Source of the DNA: Amoebidium appalachense
Taxonomy: Eukaryota > Protista > Ichthyosporea
Direction of reading: 5' to 3'
Assembly (NCBI GenBank): GCA_963693365.1
Contig: CAVNZM010000004.1
Location: 14,549,474-14,613,473, forward strand
Length of the DNA stretch: 64,000 bases
In this document: positions 1-23,872 of the stretch, piece after piece
Numbering within the stretch: position 1 is the first letter of the stretch
How the letters are laid out: each line of letters opens with the position of its first letter
Translations under genes and position numbers: made by a program
The notes under the pieces: model-generated
Told to the model about the DNA's origin: nothing
The model's database searches: none
The model's input: only the letters and a program-made list of their open reading frames with translations

Positions 1-700
1 GTCGACACCAACCAGCCCACCGACCGCACCAACACATACGCCACCCTGGTCAGCACCCACCAACCTCCTGACCGCACCATCGTATGTCACCCTGGTCAAC
101 ACAAAACCAGCCAAGTGCAACAGACCACAACGTCGCATGTGTCACCGTCCGGTCAACAGACAAACAGCTCCCGACCACACCTTCACATGCCCCAGTAGGT
201 CACCACCAAGCAATTCGCCACCCACACTAACGAATGCTCCACCCGGTCAACACCAACACTCCTTGACCACACCACGCATGCACAACCCGGCATTGCTATC
301 ACCAATCAACCCACGGACCACACTAGCACACGCCACCTGGTCAGCACCCAGCAACTTCCTGACCGCACCATCGTGTGTTCAACCCTGTCCGACACAAAAC
401 AACACTTCAACCACACACTGCATGTAAGCCCCACGGAGACCTTTGGGGAGGGCCCGACAACGCCTTCACATGCACTCGTTGGAGTTACCCAACAACCAAC
501 CGACCACACCAGCACATACGCCACCCTGGTCAGCACCCTGGCCACACCCGATCGTATGCTCAACCCGGTCATCACCAACAAGCAGCCAACCAACCACACG
601 CATGTGCCATCACCAGGCCAACACCAACAACCCCTGACCACGCCAACACATGCACCACCCCCAATTCCGAACCAAAAACCGTTTTCTGTACCCTTAATCC
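1..700. repeat. Degenerate C/A-rich tandem repeats, truncated by the window edge; possibly the 3' region of a retroelement ending at the A-rich tract near 908-937
   Basis: CACATACGCCACCCTGGTCAGCACC-like motifs recur at about 33, 327 and 513; CCTGACCGCACCATCGT at about 67 and 358. Confidence 0.4.
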
Positions 701-1030
701 CCTTTGAACTTGCCCTGTAACTCTGGGGGCTGCTGCTAAAAGTTAAAGGGTGGGGCTGCTGCGTGTATACTATGTATATTAATGGGCTGTTTAGAGACCG
801 ATCGTTCTGCCATGTCTGTCTAACAAACGGGCTCAGTTTAGAACGTGGGTATGTAGGTCCTGTTGGGCTGGTACCTACCACTATTCAGCGGTACTGAATA
901 AGACCTTAAATAAAAAGGTTCAAAACAAAAAAACAAAGGTACGTAGCCTAGCCTCAGCCCCCAGCTCTAAGGCTTTCCATCCCCACCCCCGCTCCCCCCT
1001 CCTCAGTTACTTCAGTTCCCTCCCCCCCCC

Positions 1031-1078
<48 letters not shown>

Positions 1079-1930
1079 CCACACAAACACCCCGCCATGG
1101 TGGTGCACCACCACCATCAAAAAAAGTTTACTACCCCCTGCCCCCTTTCCCTCGCCTCCCCCCCCCTTTTTTTGAGAGCGCTTTTTTTTGCCCATTGGCA
1201 ACATGTGTGCCGACTTGCATACTGCTGTGGGTGATCCGGAAAGGGGCGCGCGGGGGGAGTGGGGGGGAGGGGGGGGGGGGGGGGGGGGGGGGAGGAGGGG
1301 GGGAGGGGGGTGGCGGTGGTGGTGGTTAATACATGTGTACGTGTGTGTGTCAGAGTGTGTGCTTGGCGGGAGGGGGGGGGGGGGGGGGGGGGGGGGGGCT
1401 CTGGCCACATGTGCAAAATATTTAAAGCTGTACCGATTTTGAAAGCAGATCTGCGCACACGTGCTCCTGTTCTGACATTCTGTCATGTTCTGTTGCAACC
1501 TCCTCCGGCGGCGGCGGATCGGGGGGAGGGGGGGGGAGAGGGGGGGGGGGGGGGGGGGGGGGGGGCTGTGCGGGTCTGTGCAACCTCCAGGCTGACCCCT
1601 CTGCGTCTTCCCTGTTGCCCGGGCCGCTCTGCAGACACCGCCACTCCGTTCAGTTACAACGAGATCATTTGACGGCCAGGCTGGCAGTGAGCTACTCCCG
1701 AGATTCAAACGAATCTCAACCGCCCCTACCCGTACGCGTTGCTGGCCTACAGTACATTTGAGTCGACGTACTGCTCTGGCAAAACAAAACGGAAACGAAG
1801 GCTTCCATGTCACCCTGCCATGATGCACAGATTAGTAGATGGTGTTGGGAGTCGACCGGCCGCGTAGAGGGCAGTGGGATCCCCCCGGCCCAGTGCCCAG
1901 TTGCCCCAGTGGCCTTGTCAGGCCTACCCG

Positions 1931-2190
1931 GGGGTTTACACACTATTTCTATTTATCAGTTGGTAACTCCAGGGGGATTCCAAGGCGACCAATCAGATGA
2001 GGCAAGAGGCATGATGTCATTATGATGTAAACACTGTTACACGGGCCTTGTGCGTCCACTGCTAATAATGTCTGAAATAACACAGGGGTTCTATATGTAA
2101 TACATAAGTGGTCAATTCCTCTAAGTGTTAAGGCAGATGACCACAATGCCATACTGTTCAGTAAGAAGGAACTAATGATTTCTGGGTATA
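1931..2190 (-). mobile_element. Degenerate 3' fragment of a LINE related to the element at 20505-25122
   Basis: Starts GGGGTTTACACACT, as at the LINE 3' end. GTTAAGGCA..CACAAT..CATACTGT.CAG lies at 2127, 196 nt in (about 202 nt in the full copy). The minus strand reads QYGIVVICLN versus QYDIVIRCLN in ORF2. Confidence 0.7.
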
Positions 2191-2298
2191 CATATGTTTT
2201 GAAGTAATTTCGACATTCCTGATGTCGATCTCGTTACCAATCAGAATGTTTTAAGAGCCCAAAAACACATTCTTGGTGTTGCTGCTGCAGTGCTGAAG

Positions 2299-2466
2299 CG
2301 GCAGCCGGGTTTGCGTTACGAATCGTATTGGCCTAAAATACGGTTTAGAAAACCCCGCAATACGATTAAAAGTAGGCATCCAATTAGTCAATACGACCCT
2401 GAAGGGTGTCAAATGCTCGGAATTTGCCTAAATACGATTAAGAACGCCAAACCCAGGCAACCCCTG
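2299..2466. mobile_element. hAT-like MITE candidate with 8-bp TSD TGCTGAAG
   Basis: TGCTGAAG at 2291-2298 and 2467-2474. Imperfect inverted ends (CCGGGTTTGCGTTACGAATCGTATT versus AATACGATTAAGAACGCCAAACCCAGG). Internal AATACGA repeats; the left terminus is decayed. Confidence 0.55.
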
Positions 2467-2873
2467 TGCTGAAGATATTTCGGGACACTCTAATCACCCT
2501 ATACCCAGGACTGTATGTGACAAGATCGGTTGATCAGCCCTGTGCTTTGACGTTGAGCTTGCTCCCTTTCTAGTGTTACTAGTGAGATTTAGTTATGAGA
2601 GAACTACATTTTTACACATTTTTTGTTATAAAGAATTATAACATTAGCTTTTCTTTGGATTAAGAGATTACGCGAGCATGCACAGATCACGGAGCAGTTC
2701 TGGGGGGTCGATAAATCCAACCAATCACCTGCATTGTTATCACAGAAGAATGTTCCAAATAGCCAATCTGGAAGCTACAAAAACCGTATGCTCCCCATTC
2801 TGTCTCAGTCACTCTCAAAAGTTCGCTCAGATAAGCCTACACCAAATACTCGAAGGAAACTATTAGCGCTACC

Positions 2874-3788
2874 ATGACCAAAGCATCCACCCACCTCGTC
2901 TTTTTTGCGCTTTTGCTCGGCGTTTTTGCACTTGTGCAGGCCGAAGACCGCCGACCCATGGGGCTCAAGAGTGTCGACTTCGGCAAGATCTACCCGGCAG
3001 GCGACTACCTCAGTGGCAACAACACAAACTGCCGCAATGCCGTCAACACCACCTGCCCCGTGTGCATCCCCACGCGCACATCACGTGTCAACAAGACCGC
3101 GTGCGACCTGTGCCTGCAGACAAATATAGACACGCTGATTGCAGGCAACTGCACCTACCTGCAGTGCCAGAAGGCCGTGGGCACCACGTGCCCTGGCTGC
3201 ACCCTGTTCGACAAGAACACCACGTGCACCCGCTGCCTGGCCAGGCCCAATGTGACCGACCCCACGTGCCTGGAGTGCTTCCAGAAGGCAAACACGTGTG
3301 CCGTGTGCATCGACACGAAAGCACAGTCACTCATTGATGCAGGCTGCCAGGGGCTCAAGTGCCGGGCAGCAGTCAGCCAGATCTGTCCTGCCTGCCCCAG
3401 TGATGCCACGAGGACGGGGGAGTGCATCAAGTGTATCGAGTCTGGGGGCCAGGACACATCTGCATGCGATACGTGCAGGAGCAAGAGCAAGGACTGTGGG
3501 GCCTGCATCTACAACAACACAGCGGCACTAGTGGATGCTGGCTGTGATGCCCTCAAGTGTCTCAATTTCACCAAGACCACATGCAGTGCATGCACGGCCA
3601 CAGTGGCCAATGTGGCCGAGTGCACGACCAAGTGCAAGGCAGGCCTGACTAGCACGGGGTGTGTGGCATGCTTCACCACCCTGCAGACTTGTGCAAAGTG
3701 CATGGGTGGACAGAGAGGGAAGTTTCCTAAGGGCTGCACTGGTATCCCTCCCTCCTTTGTGCTGCCGCGTCCTAGCGGTCGTCATTAG
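2874..3788 (+). CDS. Intronless secreted cysteine-rich protein, 304 aa, with four CxxC-rich internal repeats
   Basis: Clean ORF with an ACCATG start, a hydrophobic signal peptide (LVFFALLLGVFALVQA), repeats C..AV..TCP.C ... C..C...L..AGC, and many N-x-T/S sequons. Confidence 0.85.
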   Translation: MTKASTHLVFFALLLGVFALVQAEDRRPMGLKSVDFGKIYPAGDYLSGNNTNCRNAVNTTCPVCIPTRTSRVNKTACDLCLQTNIDTLIAGNCTYLQCQKAVGTTCPGCTLFDKNTTCTRCLARPNVTDPTCLECFQKANTCAVCIDTKAQSLIDAGCQGLKCRAAVSQICPACPSDATRTGECIKCIESGGQDTSACDTCRSKSKDCGACIYNNTAALVDAGCDALKCLNFTKTTCSACTATVANVAECTTKCKAGLTSTGCVACFTTLQTCAKCMGGQRGKFPKGCTGIPPSFVLPRPSGRH

Positions 3789-5078
3789 AAGGAACGGCTG
3801 ATATGGTGCCATACAGTAAGCTTGCGCAATGCATGTACGTGCGCATGCCGTGGCTCATGTTGTGCTGCAAGGAGGGGAAAAGCCGTCCGCAGATGGACAA
3901 GGAATACTTTGCAATGAGATGTATGTACATGCCATAGAGATCTGAAGATTTTTGTAGGTGGTAAGGCTGTATGAAAAGTCGTACATGCGAATATGTCTGA
4001 TCGGATGTTTTTTTTTTGTAACCATAGTATTGTAACTTGAGCTGCCGCACAATGGTGTGACGTGCCATTGCAATAAACTTCACGTGCCCAGTGGGTACTA
4101 AGACTCCCAGGCCATCACTAGACTAGCGATGTTGTTGGGCTGATCAAATAAAGTCACTGTGCAACTCACGAGCATCTGATTTTCGTTCCAAGACCCTTAA
4201 TATTCACATACGTATACGTTAGGCACTCCTACACAGCGCCGTCATTTTGGGTAGTTGCGCACCGACGCAGGAGACGGCCACCTACTATAGTATAAATGAA
4301 CTACATTACAGATGCATGTGCTTGTTAGAGACACAGTCATGGCAGAACAAAAACCGTTGCATATCATTGTGAAGTGCTCTTTCACAACTTTATAACGTCT
4401 CAAGCTTGTTGAAATCCACCTAGCAGCCGAGGTGGGAAAGGCGCCGACTGGTGTTGAAGTGATTCTAGAAGCCAAAAACACGTACACAAACACCTTCCCC
4501 ACACACACGGCCCGCATGCCCCGACTGCGTATGCAGGCGCACCCAAGACCCACCCTACCGTGCAAGACCCCGCTATTAGCCTAATGATTACACCATAGCC
4601 ACGCACCATGTACAAAACCATCTTGATAGGTTGCATCCCCACCACCAGGCCCCACCATACACCAATATCCACCGTAGCACCATCAACACCACACCCTACA
4701 TTCCACCACCATAGATGAACCAGTGAGAGCCCGTGTTTAAAGATTATTCGTGGTTTTGGGTGGCACCAGCAAGGCTGGGGTGGAAACCCCTGGGATAAGT
4801 GCGAAATAGTTGGGATCGGTGAAATGGTGTTTAGTTTATAACTGATGGCACCATCGCGCCCTACATAGCTAGAGTTTGGTCGATGCTGGGTGCAAGACGG
4901 TAGTTCCTCTAACAAAACGGGATAAATAAAAATAGAAAATTCTTAAGATAATTCTGGTGTGTGCATGTGTGTGTACATGTGTGTGTGTGTGTGCGCGCGC
5001 GTGCAAGAGTGCGTGCGTGCGTATATGTTCATGTCATCGACATGGTAGTGGTTGTGGGTGTGCACCTTTTTTTTTTTC

Positions 5079-5132
<54 letters not shown>

Positions 5133-5196
5133 ACGGTGGGAAGGAGAGAGAGGGGAGGGAGAGATCTAGACAGGGGCAGTTCACAGGGATTGGGGA

Positions 5197-5233
<37 letters not shown>

Positions 5234-5838
5234 CGAAGAGAACAGCTTTTTTGCACCCTTTTTATGGTCATAATCAGTTATCAACTTTCACACGTGGGAC
5301 AATTGCTGACACAGCCGGATCCACTGCCACCAATATATATGTAACCAAATACGGAAGGATCTCCGATCTACACCAATGAAAACAGCTCTCATATATATAA
5401 ACGGACAGCCTCATGGCCAGCACGTGCACACCCAGAGACCCTATAAACTGCTCCTTCTCTCTCTGCCGCCTCTCTCTCCCCCCCCCCCCCCCCCCCCCCC
5501 CCTCTCCCCCCCTCCCCCTCCCTCTTGCCCCATCCCCATCCCATTCATGGCCGATCAGCAAACTTGCTTAGATTTGAGATTCAATCACATCGGGGTGCAT
5601 GCTCTTGTTTGCTGTCCCTATATTTCATGTGTGTGTGTGTGTGTGTGTGTGGTGGTGGTGGTGGGTGGGGGGGGGGGGGGGGGGGGGGGGGGGGGAAGGG
5701 TTGCAAGGAGGAGGCACGAGCAAATAATATTTGTGGAACCACCAGGGTGCCTGTCTCTGTACATTCGATTGGGTGGGGACCTGCCAGCAGGCCCCCAAGA
5801 TATTCATACGGGTCGAATCAGTGGAATTTCGGATCGGG

Positions 5839-14377
<8,539 letters not shown>

Positions 14378-15320
14378 GCTGCTTGCGGTGGCTGCCAGCA
14401 CGCAGAGTTGCTGGTCACGGTCAGTAAGGAGTGGTGTCAGGGGCTTCCCAGCTGCAGTCCGCGGTGTAGAAAACCAAAAAAAAAAAAAAAAAAAAAAAAA
14501 ATGTCTCAATGTGGAAAACTCAGTTTGGCGCGCTGTTGTGAAACGTCATATACGTCATCACCCTGTGAGCCATTTGGTTACGTAAGCTGATGCTCTTTCA
14601 TCCAATGGGTGCAGAGTTCCTGCTCACCAAATTCAGTGAACAAATCCGAGTCAGTGAAGCAGCCTGCACGTTGTTATGTGGCTGCATAACTGTGTTCATA
14701 TCATTTTCGAGAAAAAAAAGCTCTATGTAAATACCGCAATACAAAAAGTCGTATTACATTATAACGATTTACGATTTTTCTTACACGGGCCATGCCATGA
14801 TGATCAGGCTGATGCGAGGACGGCCGTCACAGCTAACCGAGTCACCCAATACTCGCTGCTTTGGAGCCCAAATGTGATCTGTGCAAAACTAAAACTCCTG
14901 TCTGACATTTAATGCGTTTCGCTTAGCTTGGATATATGTGTGTAGTATATCAATCCATGTACCATCCGACCAACAATTGTTAGAACAACTCCGCCTCAAA
15001 AAGGCCATCTATCAAATTTTTTCTATGTTTGTAACGAATATTTCTGAGCTGTGCATTGACATAACAGTTAACTTAACTGCAAAATCAACACTTCAACAGC
15101 GTCTTTTTCATAATCCACGCAACCGACCCCTAATTTTCAAAGGTATAAGACGTGGGTGAACTCTACGATGCGCCATAAACCAATCAAATCAACTGTGACG
15201 TCACATCTGTCTCTCTGCAGCACACTGCACGTGTTTCCACAAGAATTCAAGTGTGCCGCGTTAGCACTCTGCAAGCCTGAACTTCCACCAAGGGTACCCT
15301 CTTCCTGTGGGCACGGCAGC
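14378..15320. promoter_or_regulatory. Shared upstream region (likely bidirectional promoter) of divergent CSN1 and AK6
   Basis: Head-to-head ATGs about 0.94 kb apart, AT-richer sequence, CCAAT at about 15180 and palindrome TGTGACGTCACA at 15194-15205. Confidence 0.55.
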
Positions 15321-18192
<2,872 letters not shown>

Positions 18193-18994
18193 CCTTATAT
18201 GGCAGGTCCGTGCTCTGTGCGCCAATCACAGGGCCAGAATCCTAGCAGAGTCGGTGGGGGTATTGGTTGGTTTCGTCTGTAGGCTCACCAAGTGTGTTAG
18301 ATGCAAATAGAAGCACCCCTTGCACATGTCGTCACTATTTATACATAGTGGTAGGCTGTGTGCCCATGCCCTCACACGCTGCCCTGGCCCGCTGTCTATC
18401 GTTGCCATGGTTGTCTGTCTCCGGGCCGGGCTTGGGAACATGTTTTTCTCGTGGTTATTTTTAATTGCGTGCAAAACGGTGGGTGGTTTAGAGCAAAAAA
18501 ATGATCATGAATGGTGCCACGTGGCCCTTCATAGATGTTGTTATATAGTAGCACCTTGCCTTTTAAATGGGTGCACCCCGAATGTGAAGAATAAACGCTT
18601 CTTCACATCGACATGAACAGTGAAGACATCAAGAATACGTGTATGATGGTGTACTCAACCTACACAGTGCCTAGATGGCCCAGGGGTGGCAGAATCATTA
18701 CTGGCATAGCTATAGCCCCCCCCCACCCCCCTCCACGCCCACGCCCACCCCCCCACCCACCCACCCCATGCTATTACATAGATAGTATGTGCATTTCTCT
18801 GAGTCAGGAATATCAGGCTGCCATACACTACTAAAATAGCGGTGGTATGGCCATGCTTGTGAGCTGTGCACTCACTCTACCTTGGGAACGAGCTCTTGGT
18901 TTTTTTTTTCATTTTCCACTGCGCTCTCAAACTTCTGAAAACCCACCTTTAATACACCTATCCATCGACGCCCCCATACCTGCACATACCGGCG

Positions 18995-19087
18995 GCACGC
19001 ACGTGAACACGCACGTGCGCACCCACACACGATCGCACACGACACACACATACACACACGCGCGCACACGCACACACGCACAAAATT

Positions 19088-19132
<45 letters not shown>

Positions 19133-19650
19133 AACACACACACACACACACCATTATGATACACGTACACACAAACACATACGCACACACAAGCACGCAA
19201 GCACACACGCGCGCGTGCACGCACGCACGCACACACATTCACACACACACACACGAACGCACACACGCACGCACCCACATGCACAGACATACACACACAC
19301 GTACAGACACAAATACACACATACGCAAGCCGCAACGCATTCACAATCACAGACGCACGCGCACACACGTGACACGCATGTACGCCGCACGCACGGCACA
19401 CACGCATGCATGCGTGATGCACACTTTATTAGCACGCACACACGCACACACTTTACACACACAAACGTACACACGTATGAGCGCGCACGTACGCACGCAC
19501 ACGCGGGCACGCAGCGCAGGCCTGCACGAACGTAAGAACCCACATACGCACACACAAACACGCACACACACGCACACGCACACGCATGTACACGCGCCAC
19601 CTCAGTGCCGCACGAACGTATTACACCTGCCCACACGCACACGCTCGCAC
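18995..19650. repeat. Degenerate (AC)n/(ACGC)n microsatellite block
   Basis: About 650 bp of mostly alternating purine-pyrimidine AC/GC sequence. Confidence 0.85.
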
Positions 19651-19817
19651 CTATGTCTGGACGGTACAAAGGCAAACAGTGCAAGGACGCTCTTCAAGTG
19701 TGCAGCTTAGTTTTTCGGTTAGTATTTTTTTGGTTTAGGTATTTTTACACACAAACATAACGCCCGTGGAACCTGGCGCTGTGTGTTGTACACGTGGTCA
19801 AGTGGTCCTCCGCTCGC

Positions 19818-20117
19818 TCAGTTTTGGCTGGTACAAACGGGTTGCTCCCTTGCATGGCGCTCCAAACATTCGGTTATCCATGCCTGACATTCGCTACTGC
19901 CCCACGCTGGGTATACAGAACCAGTGTGCACAATCTGACATACAGGCCTGATTTGCTCCCCTGCAGCAATCTCAATTTCCTGTTCACTCTGGTCACCACT
20001 TATTTGTGGCGGTGATTGCGTTTGCGAGAGCAGAAATTGTGCGCTTAGTACTAGCAGAAGTAAAGCCCACCACCACAACGTAAGTGGGGTAAGGGCAGCG
20101 TGTCTGACCCTGCCCAT
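19818..20117 (-). CDS. Possible small secreted or membrane protein, 99 aa, 4 Cys
   Basis: AAAATGG start, hydrophobic segment LTLWWWALLLLVLSAQFLL, and a non-repetitive C-terminus (PVCQIV...SECQAWITECL...PVC). No family recognised. Confidence 0.45.
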   Translation of the reverse strand: MGRVRHAALTPLTLWWWALLLLVLSAQFLLSQTQSPPQISGDQSEQEIEIAAGEQIRPVCQIVHTGSVYPAWGSSECQAWITECLERHAREQPVCTSQN

Positions 20118-20664
20118 TTTCAAAGGATGAGAAACACGTAGCTGCAGCTGCAATGAGAAGAAAAAGGCCGCAGCCACTGCCACACTACACGCCGCAGTGT
20201 ATTGTATAGTAGCAGGTATCACGTGGTACTGCAACGACTTTCTGCATTGAAATTAGCGAGCCTACCCAAGAATGATTGTGCTAAAATTTTTCGGGTTTGC
20301 CGTTTACATACCGTCACACCATACTGAGTCGGCACACGCGAGGCGCCCGCCGGCCGGGCCATGCGGGGCGATTTGGCGCCAAAGTTTGCGCAAACTATGT
20401 AAACCATAGGTGCACTGAATTCAAGTTGCACTGAATTGAATTTACATGAGCACTGGCGACACCGACGAGCTTTTGCACTGAATTCGATGCACTGAATCAT
20501 CATGGGGTTTACACACTTTTTATTGCGTGGACATTGCCGGAGGCCCAGCCACATTCGACGGCCTACTGCGTTTTCCAGCACAGCCAATCAAATGCAGCCA
20601 GTGACATATGTACATGCTAGGCAACAATGAGCGCCATCGTAGGATCTGACACCCCTATTACATA

Positions 20665-23600
20665 TTATGGGTAAGCAGATGCTAGCATCGGTAGCTCCGA
20701 CAGAAAGTTAAGGCACCGGATCACAATATCATACTGTGCAGCATTAATAAGGTGATCTAGGATAGTCATCTTAAAACGGATATATTGAGGAAGAGATGAA
20801 GAAAAGAGAATAAAACCGCCAATAACCTCCGGTTCTAATACATTAGCTAACAGGTTGCATTTATTGATAGATATGCAGCCGCGAGTAAACCGCCCCCCAC
20901 ACATATTACACATACGAGCAGGAGACACCAGAAACCGATTACACCGCCAAGCCATAATCATCTTTGCGTTTTTACACCACACCACATTACGAATAAACGA
21001 ATCTATGTATGAACGAGACTCTCTAACCGTATCCGCCATATAGGCTACTAGTAGTTGGTGTTTGTGCGGTCCTAACACCGGAAGGGACTCAACACGTAGA
21101 GTAAAAAGATATCTATCAGCCATAGACTTGAAACTATTCATATTCACACTATGATCTAGCCGTACCTCCGGGGGGGGTCGCCAGCCATTCCACATAGCGC
21201 TCGGCAATGGGCAGAGACGATGGGGAAGGGAAGAGGTACAGGGGCGAATCCGGCGGGGATGCGTGTAGCCGGAAGAGCGGGTGGTCCGGGGCACAAGCGG
21301 ACAGGCGGGTGATGTGCTCGTGAAATTTGAGGGCTAATTCGTGTACGCGTTGTGATGGTGGTGTGAGTGCGTAGAGAGAATCAAAAAGGCGTCTAGGGAT
21401 AGGTGTGGAAAGACCAGTGAGAAACATACAACAAGTTGTGTAATGGAAATCATCTAATGATTTGAGGACATTAGTAACAGTATCAGGGGGTGCCATAGCT
21501 AGTAAGGGCAACCCGTATTCCGACAAAGGGCGAATATATGTGCGAAATATACTAAGACGATTGTATAGGTGGACAGTATGAGAAAGAGAAGCAAGATACA
21601 CATCCCGAAATAACCGAAGACACCTGCCTGCACTCTCCACCCGACGGTCGATCATCCGTTTGAAACATATGCCCCATTCGTCCACCGGAATCCCCAAATA
21701 CTTGTATTCGATTGGGCGAGGGAGGGGACTGCCGAAAATACAAACGTCGTCCCATGCCGGTATCGATTTTGATAAAAGGGCACACTTTTTGACATTAATC
21801 TGCATATCGTTGCGCTGGCACCAATGTTCAACCACACGAATGTATTGCCGTAGTTCGAGAGGATCGGATGACATAAGCACAATATCGTCGGCAAAAAAGA
21901 GGGCGGGAGGAGCCTGGGATGGCAACCCCCCGTCAATTTGTGCCGCAGAAAGAGTGTCGGCTAAATCATCAATATACAGGTTGAAAAGAAGAGGACTTAG
22001 CAGGGACCCTTGAAGTACCCCGCGCGTGCGGGTAAACCCTGGGGATAGCCGCCCATTAACCACCGCTCGTCCGCGTGTAAACGTAAACATAGCTTCCAGT
22101 AGCCGACCCATTTGGAATGGGACACCGCGAGTGGCTAACTTGGCCCACAGGCGAGGGAGGTCGACCGTGTCGTACGCGTTCTTAAAATCGATAAATACGA
22201 GGTGCTCGGTATCACTTTGAGTTGCATTATGTAGAGTGAGGATTTGTGCGTAACATGAGTGTCGATGCCGAAACGCCGCCTGAAGAGGGCTCAGCTGGGA
22301 AGCCTGCTTAAGGGTGGGGTTACGGGAAAAGGCCTGTAAAAGGCCACTTTCGAATAATCGGCGAAAAACGGACGTAAGGGTGATAGGGGCGAAATTCGTG
22401 GATGGGACCCTGTGCAACCGTTTTCTTGATGGGAAACACTAAGGTGGCTAGCCACTCCGAGGGCACTTTACCGACATCAGAATACCAGCTAAACAACTCG
22501 CTAAGAATACATGTAAGTGGTGGCGGCGGGCCACGCTTTTCGTCTTTCTCGGGTCGGGGTGGGATGAGTACCTTAAGTAGTGCCATAGGGATGCCGTCCG
22601 GCCCGCACGCTTTGCGGGACGGGTAACGGGAGACTAACTGCCATACCGCATCTGGGGTAAAAAGTTCCCCCAATTCCGCCCCAAACTCAGCCGGCCCCGC
22701 TGGCCACGCCGTGTGTGGTGGTGGTGGTGTGTCGGAGGGTGGAACAAAAACAGGAGGGGGCGCCTGCCCCAGGTCCGTGGCCATACATGTCGGGTTACGT
22801 TTAAACAGGGTGCCGTAAAAGGAATCGGTTGCAGATTCCGGGTCGGATGACGGGTCGGCCGTTATTCGAATCGAATGATCGCCGCGATCAATCTTCCGAA
22901 TATTACCCAATAGCATGTGATACGGTAGAGGCTTACGTAAGGCAGCCTCCGCTCGAGGGCCGCGAGTGTGTGTAGTTCGTGCTTGTGGGTAAACTTGGGC
23001 ACCTAAACAGGCATATTCACCTATGTCCCACAAGGTTTCTCGTACTGTAGACCAGACGCTATCGATGAAGGTCTGGTCGGTGCGTAGTGGGGTTTGGCGT
23101 CCATCACGCACAAGCGATAATAGACTCGGTTGCACCGTCTCGAAAAAGAAGCGAGTGTCTGCTTGGCCGCGCTGGCTTTTAAGTTCGCGTACGTTAAGTC
23201 TGTAAGTGTGTTGTGGTGACGGCGTAGAACGGCTAAGTGTAGTGCGAAAGACTATAGGTAGGTGGTCTGACGGTGGGGGGTGTAGGTTGTGGTGTATGTG
23301 TAAGGTGCAAGGACCAGAGGCTGCCCCCCAGTCCGTGCGGTGTTCTTGTACTACAGATGGAAGAGTAAGGCGTAAGGCTGTAACAAAAGTGTGAAAGGTT
23401 GGCGTGCGTGGGTGGTTGGGTTTAAGTAGGGCCTGTGGGTGGCCGTGTAGGGGGTGTGGGGTGGTAGTTAGCGGGCTATTAAAGTCTCCTAACACTAGTG
23501 TGGGGTTATGTGGGGCGATGGTGTTAAGCTCGTGTTTAAGTGCTAGAAGTGGAAGGCTAGGTGGAAAATAAACAAAAGTGCATATATGGCCACAAACTGA

Positions 23601-23870
23601 GATGGTGAGTGTGTGTATTGTACGTGCTATAACTGAACAGTGGTTAACAAAGTGGTAGGCGGCGATGAACACTATGCCGGAGTGAGGCTTGTGGCCCACA
23701 GGCTGAGTAGACTCGCCGACGAGCCGTCCAGACCGACGGAGTGTGGCGTGGTCTCGCCACCACGTTTCTGCGACAACAATAAACGGGAACTCCTGTTGGG
23801 GTAACGAAAGAAGAAACTGTGCTTTACTCTTATTTAGACTACGAGCATTCCAGAAAAGAAAGGAGAGCAT
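20665..23870 (-). CDS. LINE ORF2 (APE endonuclease, reverse transcriptase, C-terminal Cys motif); about 1067 aa once two +1 frameshifts are removed
   Basis: APE motifs WNARSL, VAETW, VLGDFN, SDHLPI. RT motifs KACGPDGIP, FRPITL, IDFKNAYDTV, GVLQGSLLSPLLFN, FFADDI, YKYLG. One extra C near 22386-22389 and one in the C8 run at 21170-21177. Confidence 0.9.
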
Positions 23871-23872
23871 GC

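Noticed and set aside
4400-4940. 171-aa minus-strand ORF or a possible retroelement fragment
   Set aside because: No ATG start, recognisable motif, TSD or second copy in the window.
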